Numbered from the whole stretch's first letter, positions 50,000 through 63,997 are shown. The stretch is DNA of 63,997 nucleotides, filler included, from Octopus bimaculoides (GCF_001194135.2; 4 parts of 4 records of this genome joined end to end with filler, not necessarily neighbours in it), one strand, 5' to 3'. Notes: generated by a model from the sequence alone, not told the origin. Program-made: numbers and translations.

Positions 50000-50440
50000 A
50001 GGAGTGGTTGTGTAGTAAGAAGATTACTTCCTCACCACATGGTTCTGGGTTCAGTCTCAATGTATGGCACTTTGGGCAAGTGTCTTCAACTATATCCTCG
50101 GTCTGACCAAAGCCTTGTGAGTGGATTTGGTAGTAGACGGAAACTGAACAAAACCCATTGTATATATGTATATATATTTTAGTATATATATATATATATA
50201 TATATATTATTTTATTCTTTTATTTTTTGACTTGTTTCAGTCGCTTGACTTCGGTCATGTTAGAGTGCCACCTTTAGTCAAACAAACCAACCCTAGGACT
50301 TATTCTTTGTAAGTCTAGTACTACTCTATTGGTCCCTTATGTTGAACTGCTAAGTTACAGAGGATATGAACACACCAACATCAGTTGTCAAGTGATGGAG
50401 GTGGGAACAGACACAGACACACACACACACAAATATATAC

Positions 50441-50531
<91 letters not shown>

Positions 50532-50910
50532 GATGGGCTTCTTTCAGTTTCTGTCTACTAAATCCACTCAGCTTTGGTCGGGCTGAGGCTATAGTAAAAG
50601 ACACTTACCCAAGGTGCCACACAGTGGGACTGAACCCAGAACCATGTGGTTGGTAAGCAAGCTTCTTACCGTGTGTGGGTGGGTGGTGGGTGTTTGTACC
50701 CCACTGCTGCTTGATAACTGGTGTTAGCTTGCATACTTCCTCGTAACTTATCAGTTTGGCAAAAGAGACTGATAGAATACCTACCAGGTATAAAAAAAAG
50801 AGAAAAGAAAAATAAGTACAGGGGTTGCTTTGTTCGCCTAAAAATTCTTCAAAGCAATGCCCCAACATGGCCACGACCTGATGACTGAAACACATATAAG
50901 CTAAAAGATG
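50000..50910. mobile_element. Cluster of family A (OR2-like) SINE pieces in both orientations around (TA)n
   Basis: Head + ~50000-50160, tail - ~50210-50420, head - ~50530-50670, tail + ~50690-50910. Another tail - at ~47860-48050. Confidence 0.7.
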
Positions 50911-51360
50911 ATCCGATGAAAGATATACAGTTCAATGTATTGAACCCCATTGAACACTTTCATGTGGAGTAATCAGTTTTGTGTGAGTGCTGTATGCAGA
51001 AGGATGGGAGTGGGGGTATTTGTACATGGTGGTGGTGGTGGTTGGGGAGGTGATTGCCAGTGCTTGTGGGATCAAATTTAATATCTGTCAGTTTTGTGAA
51101 GTGACAATGCCTACATTTTCTAATTAAGTGATTGTTGCCATTTGTTGCTCATCATGTGATGCAGGGAATTAGTAAAATCCAAGTTGTGTTTCTTCTGTTC
51201 TCACAATTGTGAAGCACTGCTGGGAGAGAGAGAGAGCGAAAAGAGGAAGAGAGGGAGGTAGATAGATAAAAATAGAGATAGATAGACAGCAGACAAATAG
51301 ATAAATAGATAGATAGATAGACAGATTGATAAGTAGATAGACAGATATTGATAGAAAGAT

Positions 51361-51391
<31 letters not shown>

Positions 51392-51739
51392 GAGATAGAT
51401 AGATAGATAGCTACAGAGGTGGGATGAACTTTAATAGCTCACATGTTTTATCTCTTGACAGAGTTACAAGCTATACACTTTTTGAAGTAGACTCAACTGA
51501 CTTGAATGAAGAAACTTTAAAGTTCATAATTTGGGTTTATTTCCAGAGGTCGACATATGATCCCAGGTCAATCCTCACATTCCTTCACTTTTCTTTCTTT
51601 TTTTTCTTCTTAAAGTGCATCTAGGATCACATTATTTTATACAATATGTCTCTTTTTTAAAGACAGTAGTGTGACTTAAGAGAGATTTGGCTGTTGTTTC
51701 TAGCAGAGTAAACAACTGCACCCATAAAAGCTCCGTAAT

Positions 51740-52333
51740 CGTTTCTACTCTAGGCACAAGGCCCGAAATGTTTTAGGAGGGGATTAAGTCAATTAGATCG
51801 ATCCCAGTACGCAACTGGTACTTAATTTATCGACCCTGAAAGGATGAAAGGCAAAGTCGACCTCGGCTGAATTTGAACTCAGAACATAAAGTCAGACGAA
51901 ATACNNNNNNNNNNGTTTATTTGCAGAGGTCGACATATGATCCCAGGTCAATCCTCACATTCCTTCACTTTTCTTTCTTTTTTTTCTTCTTAAAGTGCAT
52001 CTAGGATCACATTATTTTATACAATATGTCTCTTTTTTAAAGACAGTAGTGTGACTTAAGAGAGATTTGGCTGTTGTTTCTAGCAGAGTAAACAACTGCA
52101 CCCATAAAAGCTCCGTAATCGTTTCTACTCTAGGCACAAGGCCCGAAATGTTTTAGGAGGGGATTAAGTCAATTAGATCGATCCCAGTACGCAACTGGTA
52201 CTTAATTTATCGACCCTGAAAGGATGAAAGGCAAAGTCGACCTCGGCTGAATTTGAACTCAGAACATAAAGTCAGACGAAATACTGCTAAGCATTTCGCC
52301 CTGTGTGCTAACGTTTCTGCCAGCTCACTACCT
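51740..52333 (-). mobile_element. Family B SINE appearing twice because of a duplicated segment
   Basis: Copies at ~51740-51904 and ~52120-52333 lie inside the 370-bp duplication around a 10-N gap. Confidence 0.75.
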
Positions 52334-52469
52334 TACACACATACACACACACACACTCACAATGTTGATTTACATGTAATAAATCAACAGTATGTGTGTG
52401 TGTGTGTGTGTGTGTCTGCTTGTGTGTGTGCGTGTGCGCGCACTTTTTCTGTTATTTATTCAACTAAAC

Positions 52470-53732
52470 TGTTGAAGAGACTTGTGGTGTGTGCGTACGA
52501 GTAGATGTAATCGCCTTACCTCGGTTTTCCTTTCCTCGACTGCGAGTCCGTCTTGCGGTATCCGATCCTTGAAGCTTGCCTTGACCCAAAGTACACCAGG
52601 AATAGCAGCTGCTTCTCCCAAACCTTCCCAAACCTAGACCNNNNNNNNNNNNNNNNNNNNNNNNNNNNNNNNNNNNNNNNNNNNNNNNNNNNNNNNNNNN
52701 NNNNNNNNNNNNNNNNNNNNNNNNNNNNNNNNNNNNNNNNNNNNNNNNNNNNNNNNNNNNNNNNNNNNNNNNNNNNNNNNNNNNNNNNNNNNNNNNNNNN
52801 NNNNNNNNNNNNNNNNNNNNNNNNNNNNNNNNNNNNNNNNNNNNNNNNNNNNNNNNNNNNNNNNNNNNNNNNNNNNNNNNNNNNNNNNNNNNNNNNNNNN
52901 NNNNNNNNNNNNNNNNNNNNNNNNNNNNNNNNNNNNNNNNNNNNNNNNNNNNNNNNNNNNNNNNNNNNNNNNNNNNNNNNNNNNNNNNNNNNNNNNNNNN
53001 NNNNNNNNNNNNNNNNNNNNNNNNNNNNNNNNNNNNNNNNNNNNNNNNNNNNNNNNNNNNNNNNNNNNNNNNNNNNNNNNNNNNNNNNNNNNNNNNNNNN
53101 NNNNNNNNNNNNNNNNNNNNNNNNNNNNNNNNNNNNNNNNNNNNNNNNNNNNNNNNNNNNNNNNNNNNNNNNNNNNNNNNNNNNNNNNNNNNNNNNNNNN
53201 NNNNNNNNNNNNNNNNNNNNNNNNNNNNNNNNNNNNNNNNNNNNNNNNNNNNNNNNNNNNNNNNNNNNNNNNNNNNNNNNNNNNNNNNNNNNNNNNNNNN
53301 NNNNNNNNNNNNNNNNNNNNNNNNNNNNNNNNNNNNNNNNNNNNNNNNNNNNNNNNNNNNNNNNNNNNNNNNNNNNNNNNNNNNNNNNNNNNNNNNNNNN
53401 NNNNNNNNNNNNNNNNNNNNNNNNNNNNNNNNNNNNNNNACCACGGTGGCCGAATCCGTCCGGATCTCGATCGAGCGCAGTCCCCATCTCAAGGCCAAGT
53501 TCACCCCTTTCAGCACCGCATCTAGTTCGGCGACATTGATGTGGTTGAAGTCGTCCGCTTTCCGTAGCCAGGCCGCATCCTCCACCTCAGCACTCCACCA
53601 AACCGTCCCGCACTCCGTCTTAGGCACATACCAGTTTCCTCTGACCGGGTCTTCCGCTCTCGTTCTCTCCAGGATTTCCCGCATCATCGCCTCTCCTACC
53701 TTGTCACTCCAACTCTCCCCCTCCGCTCGTCT
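52470..53732 (-). mobile_element. Gypsy-like LTR retrotransposon fragment (RNase H plus probable LTR end; mostly gap)
   Basis: EDAAWLRKADDFNHINVAELDAVLKGVNLALRWGLRSIEIRTDSATV, GC-rich, with a TG terminus at 52470 (tgttgaagag). Confidence 0.75.
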
Positions 53733-53832
53733 NNNNNNNNNNNNNNNNNNNNNNNNNNNNNNNNNNNNNNNNNNNNTTAATTAATTAANNNNNNNNNNNN
53801 NNNNNNNNNNNNNNNNNNNNNNNNNNNNNNNN

Positions 53833-53984
<152 letters not shown>

Positions 53985-54742
53985 AAGAAGAAGAAGAGTG
54001 ATAACATCATTATTGATAATAATAAAAGACCGACTCTGTAACAATTCTGACTGCTTACCGCCTTATCAATCATAAGAATTTCGTTTTTACATCAGAAAAT
54101 GAAAATGTATCATCAAGTAAAGACAATATTTATGTGTTCAGTGAATGTTTAGGCTTCAGTCTTTAGATATCGGTCATTGTGCCTTGTGTTCCATTTTACA
54201 ACAACACGAGTGCGTAGCTCGGTACTTATTTTATATATAATATCTATAATTACTGAAAAGTAATTCCCTTTGGCCTTAACAGATTTGTTCCAATACTTAA
54301 ATCTACCCACTTTCTGCTAAAATGCATAACGAAATTTTATCTTAAGTGATTTTTAAAGAAAATATCGGAGCGTTTTCTCGATTAAATAGATGGTGCCGCC
54401 ACCTAACGAGAAATCATAAACATTTTCGTCAGAAGATTAAGAGAACATTTCATTATATTTGTGACAATATAATTTTATACTCGTAGATGACCAGTTAATT
54501 TAAGGATGTCTGTACGTGGCGGCGATTTGTATTCGATGTTACTCATTTCGAGCGAAAACGTAGGAGTCCTTCGATTACTCGATTGTACTAAACAGGACAA
54601 AACGATCGATTTATATTCAATAATCAGCTTGCTAGAAATGAAGCTTAATCTTCAAAATTTATTATTCCACTGTCTTTAAAAGTGATACATACTTCCATTT
54701 GGTCATATGTGCGCTTTGACAAGACAAAAGAAAAAAAAGCGC

Positions 54743-55161
54743 AGGCATGACTGTGTGGTAAGGAGCTCGCTTTCCAACCACATGGTTCCGGGTTCAGTTC
54801 CACTGCATGGCACCTTGGGCAAGTGTCTTCTGCTATAGCTTCAGGCCGTTCAAAGCCTAGTGAGTGAATTTGGTAGAGAGAAACTGAAAGAAGCCTGTTG
54901 TATGTGGGTGGGGGGGGGNNNNNNNNNNNNNNNGGGGGGGGGTTGCTCGTGATTGTCCCCCAGTATCGCTTAACAACCGGTGTTGATTTGTTTGCGTCCC
55001 CGTATCTTAGCGGTTCGGCAAAAGTGTCCGATAGAACAAGTGCCAGGCTTTACAAAATACTAAGTACTGGGGTCGATTCATTCGACTTAACATGCTTGAA
55101 GGTGCTGCCCCAGTATGGCCGCAGTCTAATCTAATGACCGAAATAAGTAAAAGATAAAAGA
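54743..55161 (+). mobile_element. Near full-length family A (OR2-like) SINE (others ~56040-56425 -, 58430-58785 -, 59640-59825 + tail)
   Basis: Head, CORE-like body, tail ending gtaaaagataaaag. Confidence 0.85.
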
Positions 55162-55340
55162 TTAATGCATAAGATGGTCGTAATCGAATCAGTGACGTCT
55201 ATGTGATCAAACAACAAAAGCAAGAACAACACCCTAATAATTTTGGGAGTCAAAGACATGAGGTACAACATCCTACAACCGCGCTCCTTTCTGCCACCAC
55301 TACATCAGCATGAATTTTGTTTAAGTAGCACATTTAGTGA

Positions 55341-55529
55341 GGAGGCACGTGGCTTAGTAGTTAGAGTGTTGGACTCATGATAGTAAGAATGTGGTTTCGA
55401 TACCTGGACCGCTAGATACGTTGTGTTCTTGAACAAAACACTTCATTTTACGCTATTCCAAGTCCACTCAGCTGGCAAAAATGAGTAATCTTGTAACAGA
55501 CCAGCGTTACGTCCAGATGGAGAATATAT
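55341..55529 (+). mobile_element. Family D SINE, tail type 2
   Basis: Same head as 12014 but a different tail (agaccagcgttacgtccag). Confidence 0.7.
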
Positions 55530-56444
55530 NNNNNNNNNNNNNNNNNNNNNNNNNNNNNNNNNNNNNNNNNNNNNNNNNNNNNNNNNNNNNNNNNNNNNNN
55601 NNNNNNNNNNNNNNNNNNNNNNNNNNNNNNNNNNNNNNNNNNNNNNNNNNNNNNNNNNNNNNNNNNNNNNNNNNNNNNNNNNNNNNNNNNNNNNNNNNNN
55701 NNNNNNNNNNNNNNNNNNNNNNNNNNNNNNNNNTTATTTCCCTTCGTCAGCGTCCGATAGCCACCGATCTACGAAATAACCCTGAAACTCGAGTCCGTTC
55801 GTGCTACAGATCACGATGAGAGGGATAACTTCCCTTGGCAAAACAAAAATAGACAGGACACAGAAGTGTGTCGATAAGCCAGCTGGAGGAGATGTCCTCC
55901 TGGGGCTAAAAGCAACAGTAACATCCACCCCTAGGGGTCAGCCACATTTAAGTGGCAATATACTTCACTTTATCGTGCAGTTACTGTTAATACCTCGTTT
56001 AGAGAATTAACATTGCTTATACATATATAATTATGCATATATTCTTTTGTTTCAGTCATTTGACAGAGGCCATGCTAAAGCACCGCCTTGAATTGTTTTT
56101 ATCGATACGATTCGACCCCAGGACTTATTTTTAAGCCTAATACATTTTTATCTTCCTCTTCGCCGAACCGCTAACGTACGGGGACGTAAACACATCAGCA
56201 CCGGTTCTTGAAGCGATGATGGGGCACAAATACAAACGCGCGCGCGCACACACGCACACACAAACTCACACATACGACGGGATTCTTTCAGTTTCTGTCT
56301 ACCAAATCGACCCACAATGCTATGGTTGGCTCGAGGATATAGTAGAAGATACTTGCCCAAAGTGCCATGCAGTGTGTCTGAACCCGGAACCATGTAGTTG
56401 GGAAGCAAGCTTCTTAGCACACAGCCACGCTTGCGCTTGTATCT

Positions 56445-56497
<53 letters not shown>

Positions 56498-56919
56498 NNN
56501 NNNNNNNNNNNNNNNNNNNNNNNNNNNNNNNNNNNNNNNNNNNNNNNNNNNNNNNNNNNNNNNNNNNNNNNNNNNNNNNNNNNNNNNNNNNNNNNNNNNN
56601 NNNNNNNNNNNNNNNNNNNNNNNNNNNNNNNNNNNNNNNNNNNNNNNNNNNNNNNNNNNNNNNNNNNNNNNNNNNNNNNNNNNNNNNNNNNNNNNNNNNN
56701 NNNNNNNNNNNNNNNNNNNNNNNNNNNNNNNNNNNNNNNNNNNNNNNNNNNNNNNNNNNNNNNNNNNNNNNNNNNNNNNNNNNNNNNNNNNNNNNNNNNN
56801 NNNNNNNNNNNNNNNNNNNNNNNNNNNNNNNNNNNNNNNNNNNNNNNNNNNNNNNNNNNNNNNNNNNNNNNNNNNNNNNNNNNNNNNNNNNNNNNNNNNN
56901 NNNNNNNNNNNNNNNNNNN

Positions 56920-56955
<36 letters not shown>

Positions 56956-57705
56956 AAAAATTAATTAGAGAGATATATTGACATAAGAAAACACACAAAG
57001 TCGGGAACCAAACGACAGCAAGCTAATGAAATGAAACGAAAACAAAGGCAGCTCCAATAACAACAACATCAATAACAATAATAAATAGCAACAACAAAAA
57101 CAAAAAGAACTGCATCATCATCATCATCAACAACAACAACAACCGCAACAAAGCAACGTATGAAGTAATCTCAAGTTTTGATCTCAACAGATGGTCGTAG
57201 AATGGTGCAGATTTGTTTGAGACTTGGCACTGGTTAGTGTCTCTAGTTTGTACTCCGGTTTAATGAAGTCTATCTGGTACTATTATATAACAAAACACCA
57301 TCTAACTGTTATATCCAATTGAGACTAGCTATGACGTCCATCTTTGAATCCTATGCTGACTAACAGAGTGACTAAGTGAAATTAGCTTACCAGTGAGAGG
57401 TTCAGTGTATGGTCCCCACCCCGATGAGCTCAGAGGTTAACAGGTTAAACGCATCTATTCCTATTTTCTCTGCCCTTGTCTACCATACATACGTCATATT
57501 TTACTACATACGTCATATTTTACTATGTGTGTTCCTCGGGAAGTTAGAAATTAAAGTGCAATAAACGCTTTATATGTTTATACAATATAAATGCATGCGT
57601 TTGTGAGTAGGTAATGCTTAAACATACACACACAGAGACAAGCACGCACGCACACACACATATATACAGAGAGAAAGAGATAGACATACATACATACAGA
57701 CAGAC

Positions 57706-57791
<86 letters not shown>

Positions 57792-58989
57792 CTAGATAGA
57801 TAGATAGATATACATATATATATACATATATATACATACGTGCATACATACAAACATACATACATACATACATACATACATACTTACATACAAGCATACA
57901 TACACACATACATGCATACATACATACATACAGACAGACAGACAAACATGTTATACTTCCCACGCAAGGATGCCGTTCGTGGTCTCAAATCTGTATTGAT
58001 GTCATATGAAGCAGGTATTGTGACAGTGAAACATCAACAGTAAAAGAAAGAGACGAGTAACTCTCTTGCCCAAGTTTGCGACGATGAAATCAATAAGATA
58101 ATTAGGATAGCTAATGAACTTGATGAAATGCATGAAATAAGAGCTGATGCAGACACAGATCTCTCCCCGCGGAGCGTTGGCAAAATCTATTTTATCAGAA
58201 GAACAAAACGTAGCAGTTCATTGAAAAGATAGAAGAAGGTAGTACGTGGGTACTTGGCACAACAAACACGAACCATAGAAGGGATTAATAATGTCAAGAG
58301 CTTGGCATACAGTACCACGTTTATGATTGTATGTATGTATTATGTATGTATGCCTGTATGTAAGTACGTACATACTTATGTATGTATGTGCATATACTTG
58401 TATGCATATTTGTATGTGAGTTTTCTTTTATTCTTTTACTTGTTTCAGTCATTTGACTGTGGGCATGCTGGAGTACAATCTTAAAGGTTTTTTTAGTCTA
58501 ATAAATCGACCCCAGGACTTATTGTTTGTAAGCTTAATACTTATTCTATCGGTGTTTTGCGGAATCGGTAAGTTATGGGCACGTAAACACACTAACATCG
58601 GTTGTCAAACAATGGTGGGGGGACAAAGGCAGAAACAAAGAAACGTACAGATAAATATATATATATATATATATACATATATATATACGACGGGCTTCTT
58701 TCAGCTTCCATCTATCAAATCCATTCACAAGGCTTTCGTCGGTCCGAGTTTACAGTAGAAGACACTTGCCCAAGGTGCCACGCCTATGTATGTATGTATA
58801 TATGTATGTATGTATGTATATATGTATGTATGTATGTATATATGTATGTATGTATATATGTATGTACGCATGCATGCATGGTTGTATTTTCGTACATATG
58901 TATGTTTGCATGTATGTGTAAATCGCAAATTCGGTTTAAAAATAAGACAGTGACCCACCGCAAATCAAAAACATGAAAAGATTTGAGAC

Positions 58990-59270
58990 AGATTTAAAAG
59001 AATAAAACTAAGATAAAAACTCAATAACCACAAAAGCATCTTTCAGAATGAACTGGAAGCGTATGTGTCAGCCTTCAAAACTCAAGAAAAATATTTGGCA
59101 AACTGATAAGACCAAGTAATTAATGTGAAATTTATAGATACACATATAAATGCAAGAGTTACTACACAAGGACAAGAAATTTATAGATATAACTGTTGCT
59201 TCCCAAGGACAAAATTCGTTTAACACAATGTTATCAAATTAAATGCTAACCTATAGAATAAATTTAAGGC
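58990..59270 (+). mobile_element. Penelope-like GIY-YIG endonuclease C-terminal relic
   Basis: Broken frames resemble F.RR.NNHK.SF.NE, KYIWQL, and KC.HRNKFK. Confidence 0.5.
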
Positions 59271-60003
59271 ACGACCAGGTATTCGCTACCTATATCACAC
59301 ATGATATAGGGATCAATTTACACTAACACAAGTTTCATTAAATCAGTATAATCAATAGAGAAATTGAATAATATAATTGGTGGCTGCTATTTAATAGAAC
59401 TGCCTCATATTAGATCAGTGCACTACAAAGGAACAAGCGTGACCCGACAGACAGAAAAGTCAAGAAGTAGAAAATTCACGTGATTCAAGACAGCATATAG
59501 TTTAGTTATACCTAAATAAAATGCTTTTCCATACTACTTATACAAACAGCAAATTTTTCATAGGAACACACACATACATGTATACATGCATAGACACATG
59601 CGCACACATACGTGCATAAGCGTGTGTGTGAGTGTGTGTAGGTTTGTGTCTATGTTCGTTTTCACCACCGCTTGACAACCAAGGTTGGTGGTTTTACGTG
59701 CCTGTAACTTAGCGTTTCGACTAAAGTGATCTGTAGAATACGTGCCAGGGTTAGACTAAAGTTCTACAAGACGATGTCCCAACATGGCTGCAGTCGAATG
59801 ACTGAAACAAATATAAGCTAAAAATCACGCACACGCACACACACACACACGCACACACACACATACACACAAACACACACATATATATGTATGTGTGTGT
59901 ATATATGTATGTATATATGTATGTATGTGTACATATATATATACATATATACATACAATATATACATTTATATATACTTATATATATGTATATATATGCA
60001 TAA

Positions 60004-60035
<32 letters not shown>

Positions 60036-60844
60036 GTGTGTGTGTGTATAAATGGATAGATAGATAGATAGATACCGTATTTTNNNNNNNNNNTAACGTG
60101 TATATGGAACTCTTTTTGTCAAAAATTGGGTTTAAAAATTATGGGAGTTTCTTTTACGTCGGTAGTATTATAATCCCTTACGAAACCTTTTTTCAAAATT
60201 GTAAAGCCATAAAATTGGGGTGGGGGATCTTTATACACGAGGGTTTCTTATATATGTTAAAATATTGTAGATAGACAGATTAGATATTATGTTTATGTGA
60301 ATGAGTGTATCCATTACTTTTACGGTGCGGGTATGTTTGTTTTCTGTTTAGGAATTTGTTTGTTTTTCAAGGTGTGTGGAGAAGTATGTAGGCTTTTCGT
60401 GCGCGTGATTGTATTTAGTTCTGTTGTGTGTGCTGCATGTGTTGCCTGTATGTGCATGTTTGTATATCAAATGTATGCACGAGGCGGTTAGAGAAATGTA
60501 TCAATGAAATAAGGGTTGGATACTGAAACCGCGGAGGGCGAAAATTTGAAGACAAAGCACAACTTCGATAATCTAATATGCAAAATGAGAACGATCCCTG
60601 ACAAATCCCAGGTGGGATGGTCCACAGAACGTTGAAAAGCAGTAGAGCATGGTGGTGTTCTGCCGAAATGATTCGGAAATATTTGGCGATTCTGTCCAGA
60701 AAATTATAGAAAATTATCGTTCTTACGAAAAGAGAGGAATAGCTTACGGAACAAGTGGAAAGTATTCGGATGGGAATGGACCGTAGGCTCCCTGCTCGCT
60801 GGAGGGGCAATGTGTATGCGCGGGTGTGTGTGTGTGCGTGTGTG

Positions 60845-60883
<39 letters not shown>

Positions 60884-61129
60884 GCGTGTGTCTGTCTATG
60901 TATCTCTGTCTGTGTGTGTAAATGTGTGCGTGTGTTTGCTTCGGCCTGCAATTGTACTGTAAATGCCTTCGGTCTGTGACATTTCCCTTTATTTATCTAC
61001 AAACGATTTCAAATTTTCAAATTGTGTCGAATTTGAAGATGACAATTACCCTTGACAACATTGATCTTGCGCGATGGATACCACTTCTGAAGTGTTAAGC
61101 TAGTAGAAATATGCATACGCGTATATACA

Positions 61130-61290
61130 ACAAGGGCCTCGCTTCGGTCATGAACGACCATGTGATTGCACCTAGAAAGTTACCCTCCAAGGCACAAGTC
61201 CGAGCAAGGCATACCAGTCTCCCCTCTCCACGCGACCGATGTTATCCAATAGAAAGGCAAAGGCATCATTGATGTCGCAACTCATTTTAC
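61130..61290 (-). mobile_element. SINE tail fragment, probably a third tail type of family D
   Basis: Ends in gtcgcaactcatttt, joining the aatgagt motif of the family D body. Partly from recall. Confidence 0.4.
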
Positions 61291-61654
61291 TCAGTGTATA
61301 TAAATACACACACACACATACATCTATATATATGTATTCTCTATGTGGCCTGTGTGTTTTTGTACCTGGTTTATCATTTTGTCCATGTTTTTGCAACGTC
61401 ATGTACCCAGATATGCAACTATATGTACATGTAGATGAAGGTATGTACATGCATGTACATATATATGCATATACTCATACATCATTTATNNNNNNNNNNN
61501 NNNNNNNNNNNNNNNNNNNNNNNNNNNNNNNNNNNNNNNNNNNNNNNNNNNNNNNNNNNNNNNNNNNNNNNNNNNNNNNNNNNNNNNACCTGCACGTGTG
61601 TGTGTATTTATGTATGTATAAAGTAAATTAAAGTTCCTTTCTGAGTCATAACGA

Positions 61655-61876
61655 CTCACAAGGGCTAGATACCCGGTTTCCATAGGGTATATATTCCCCA
61701 CGTCGACAGGATGCCAGTCCACCACAGGTTTACTCATTTTTACCAGCTGAGTCGACTGGAGCAACGTGAAATGAAGTGTTTTGCTCAAGAACACAACGCT
61801 TTGCCCGGTCCAGGAATCGAAACCACATTCTTACCATCATTAGTCCAGCACCCGAACCACTAAGCCCCGCGCCTCC
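61655..61876 (-). mobile_element. Family D SINE, tail type 2 (V/Meta-domain-like)
   Basis: A and B boxes, then cctgtggtggactggcatcctgtc..aaaccggg. Confidence 0.75.
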
Positions 61877-62909
61877 ACATGTATGAATGTATACATGTAT
61901 GAATGTATGAATGTATGTATGTATGTATGTACGTATGTATACACACAGACAGGCATATATTTATTTTGTATATATATATAGGTGTTTCCTAACATCCTAG
62001 TCACATTTAGTGACACATATATATACATACGTATATAGGTACATATATCTATAGGTATATATATGTATATCCGCATGAGAAAATATATAATATACATTTA
62101 TGATACACATTCTCGCACACACAGTTACCCTAGCATACAAGAAAGGTGAGCAGAGAGATATGTGAACAGCTCCGACGAATTAAGAAACGCTAGAACCTAA
62201 GGCCTGTTAGTAATATTGTTATTTCAAGCTATTCCAACTGGATGGACCAACTCAACATAGCCATGTAATATAGTGAATTAGATTAAGCAAAGTTTGGAAA
62301 ATGTGCAAGGAATAGTAAAGAATATGTTATAATGCTAGCACTAATATTTACTAATATCCATAATAAACGTTATTGTTGATAAACGAACGTGTGTATGGGT
62401 ATGGCAATGTATGTGTGTATCTGAATGTTTATTAGTATGCGTGTGCATCTACATATATACATACATATATGTATATATATAAGTGTGTGTGTATGTGTGT
62501 CTGTGTGTGTGCATGTGTGTGTGCATGTGTGTGTGTGTCCGTGTGTGCGTGCACGAATTTAAGACTGTCTACAGTCTACATGTATATAATTTTATATAAA
62601 GATAATTTTATATATATANNNNNNNNNNNNNNNNNNNNNNNNNNNNNNNNNNNNNNNNNNNNTTAATTAATTAANNNNNNNNNNNNNNNNNNNNNNNNNN
62701 NNNNNNNNNNNNNNNNNNTTTTTTTTTTTTTTTTTTTTTTTTCCTTCCTTCCTCCTCCCAAAAAGAAAAGCTCTACATTGTATTTGTCCCATCTTCGTTG
62801 AGCCCTGTGTGGCTAATAAAAGAAATGTTTCCCTGTCTATCTATTTGCCTATCCATCTATCTATCTGTTTATCTATTTACCTATATGTCTGTCTCTATCT
62901 GTCTATCTT

Positions 62910-63135
62910 TTCTACTCGAGGCACAAGGCCCGAAATTGGGGGGGGGGAAGGGGGCTAGTCGATTAGATCAACCCTCAGTACGCAACTGGTACTTAATTCA
63001 TTGACCCCCCCCCCCGCCGAAAGGATGAAAAGCAAAGCGAACTTCGACGGAATTTGAACTCAGAACGTAAAGACAGACAAAATACCGCGAAGCATTTCGC
63101 CCGGCGTGCCATCGATTCTGCCAGCTCACCACCTT
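62910..63135 (-). mobile_element. Family B SINE with CpGs retained
   Basis: Full body. CG sites are largely intact. Confidence 0.8.
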
Positions 63136-63312
63136 CCATCTATCTATCTATCTATTTACCTATCTATCTGTTTATCTGTATATATCTACCTGTCTATCTA
63201 TATATCTATTTATCTATCTTCTCTATCTATCCATCTATCTATCTTCTCTATCTATCCATCCATCTATCTATTAACCTATCTATCTATCTGTTTATCTGTA
63301 TCTACCTACCTG

Positions 63313-63349
<37 letters not shown>

Positions 63350-63394
63350 ATATCTATCTGTTTTTTGTGTCTGTCTGCTGTCCGTCTGGACATT

Positions 63395-63429
<35 letters not shown>

Positions 63430-63997
63430 GTTGGGGACAGAATCAGAGAGCCAGTCATACAGAAAAGAAAAGAAAGCGAGACAAAGTCGCAAATTTATAT
63501 CATTTCTTTATAAATCGACGCTTTTTTTCAGGAAGGAAGAAAAATCAGAATTGGTCAGGAAAACAAAAGAAAGATGATAAAGATGGTGATGATGATGATG
63601 ATGACAGTAGTGGTTGTTGCTAAATGATGTAAGTGGCCAGGAATTTGTCTATGCTTATAAGAAGATATGCATGCATACACACACGTATATATATATATAT
63701 ATAAACAATATATGAGTATATGTATATATATGTACATGTATGTATATACGTTCATCCACATGTACATATAGATACATAACTGGGTACATGACGTGGCAAA
63801 AGAACAAGGACAAAAATGGTAAACCAGGTGCAACAAACAAGTAGGCCACATAGAAACATCCCCTTCATCAGCTGCCACCATTAAAACTCCGGCGTTTCGA
63901 AGAATTAAGGCAGTACGCATCGTTAAAATGGTTCTTCCCACGAACACAAATTAAATTGTTTTCGTGGAGGGTAGTGGCAGACGGAAAACAAGACAGG

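Noticed and set aside
51535-52284. 370-bp near-identical tandem duplication
   Set aside because: The copies are separated by exactly 10 N and differ at about one base, which is typical of an uncollapsed contig overlap.
55870-55960. Hairpin-rich segment considered as an HDV-like ribozyme
   Set aside because: I could not build the P1/P2/P3 nested pseudoknot on either strand. It is left as an unclassified repeat.
57484-57526. Short ~19-bp tandem duplication
   Set aside because: Ordinary slippage duplication.

Overview
AT-rich, microsatellite-dense animal DNA with many N gaps. By inference from the SINE families and repeat texture it is octopus (coleoid cephalopod). There is no intact protein-coding gene, rRNA, tRNA gene or CRISPR array, and almost every listed ORF is a microsatellite, gap or antisense-repeat artefact. 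The window is mostly transposon relics: several modular tRNA-derived SINEs, R4/Dong, HERO-type, RTE, CR1/L2, Penelope-like and Gypsy retroelements, three mariner relics plus mariner MITEs, a DD37D/maT relic, a hAT relic and hAT MITE, piggyBac-type MITEs and a non-autonomous Helitron. Four observations stand out. (1) A tRNA-headed SINE-like element carries a minimal, dimer-type hammerhead ribozyme motif (two inverted copies, 18.5-20.1 kb), and its internal (AAT)n spacer is occupied by a Dong/R4 retrotransposon. (2) Two more hammerhead-like motifs occur at 4.0 and 27.9 kb. (3) Two CpG-depleted domains (about 24.5-32 kb and 36.6-51.6 kb) flank a CpG-retaining zone that holds divergent candidate first exons, which suggests two methylated gene bodies and a bidirectional promoter. 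(4) One CR1 element is split by three nested insertions. All coordinates and alignments were read by eye, and family names come from recalled motifs, not searches.
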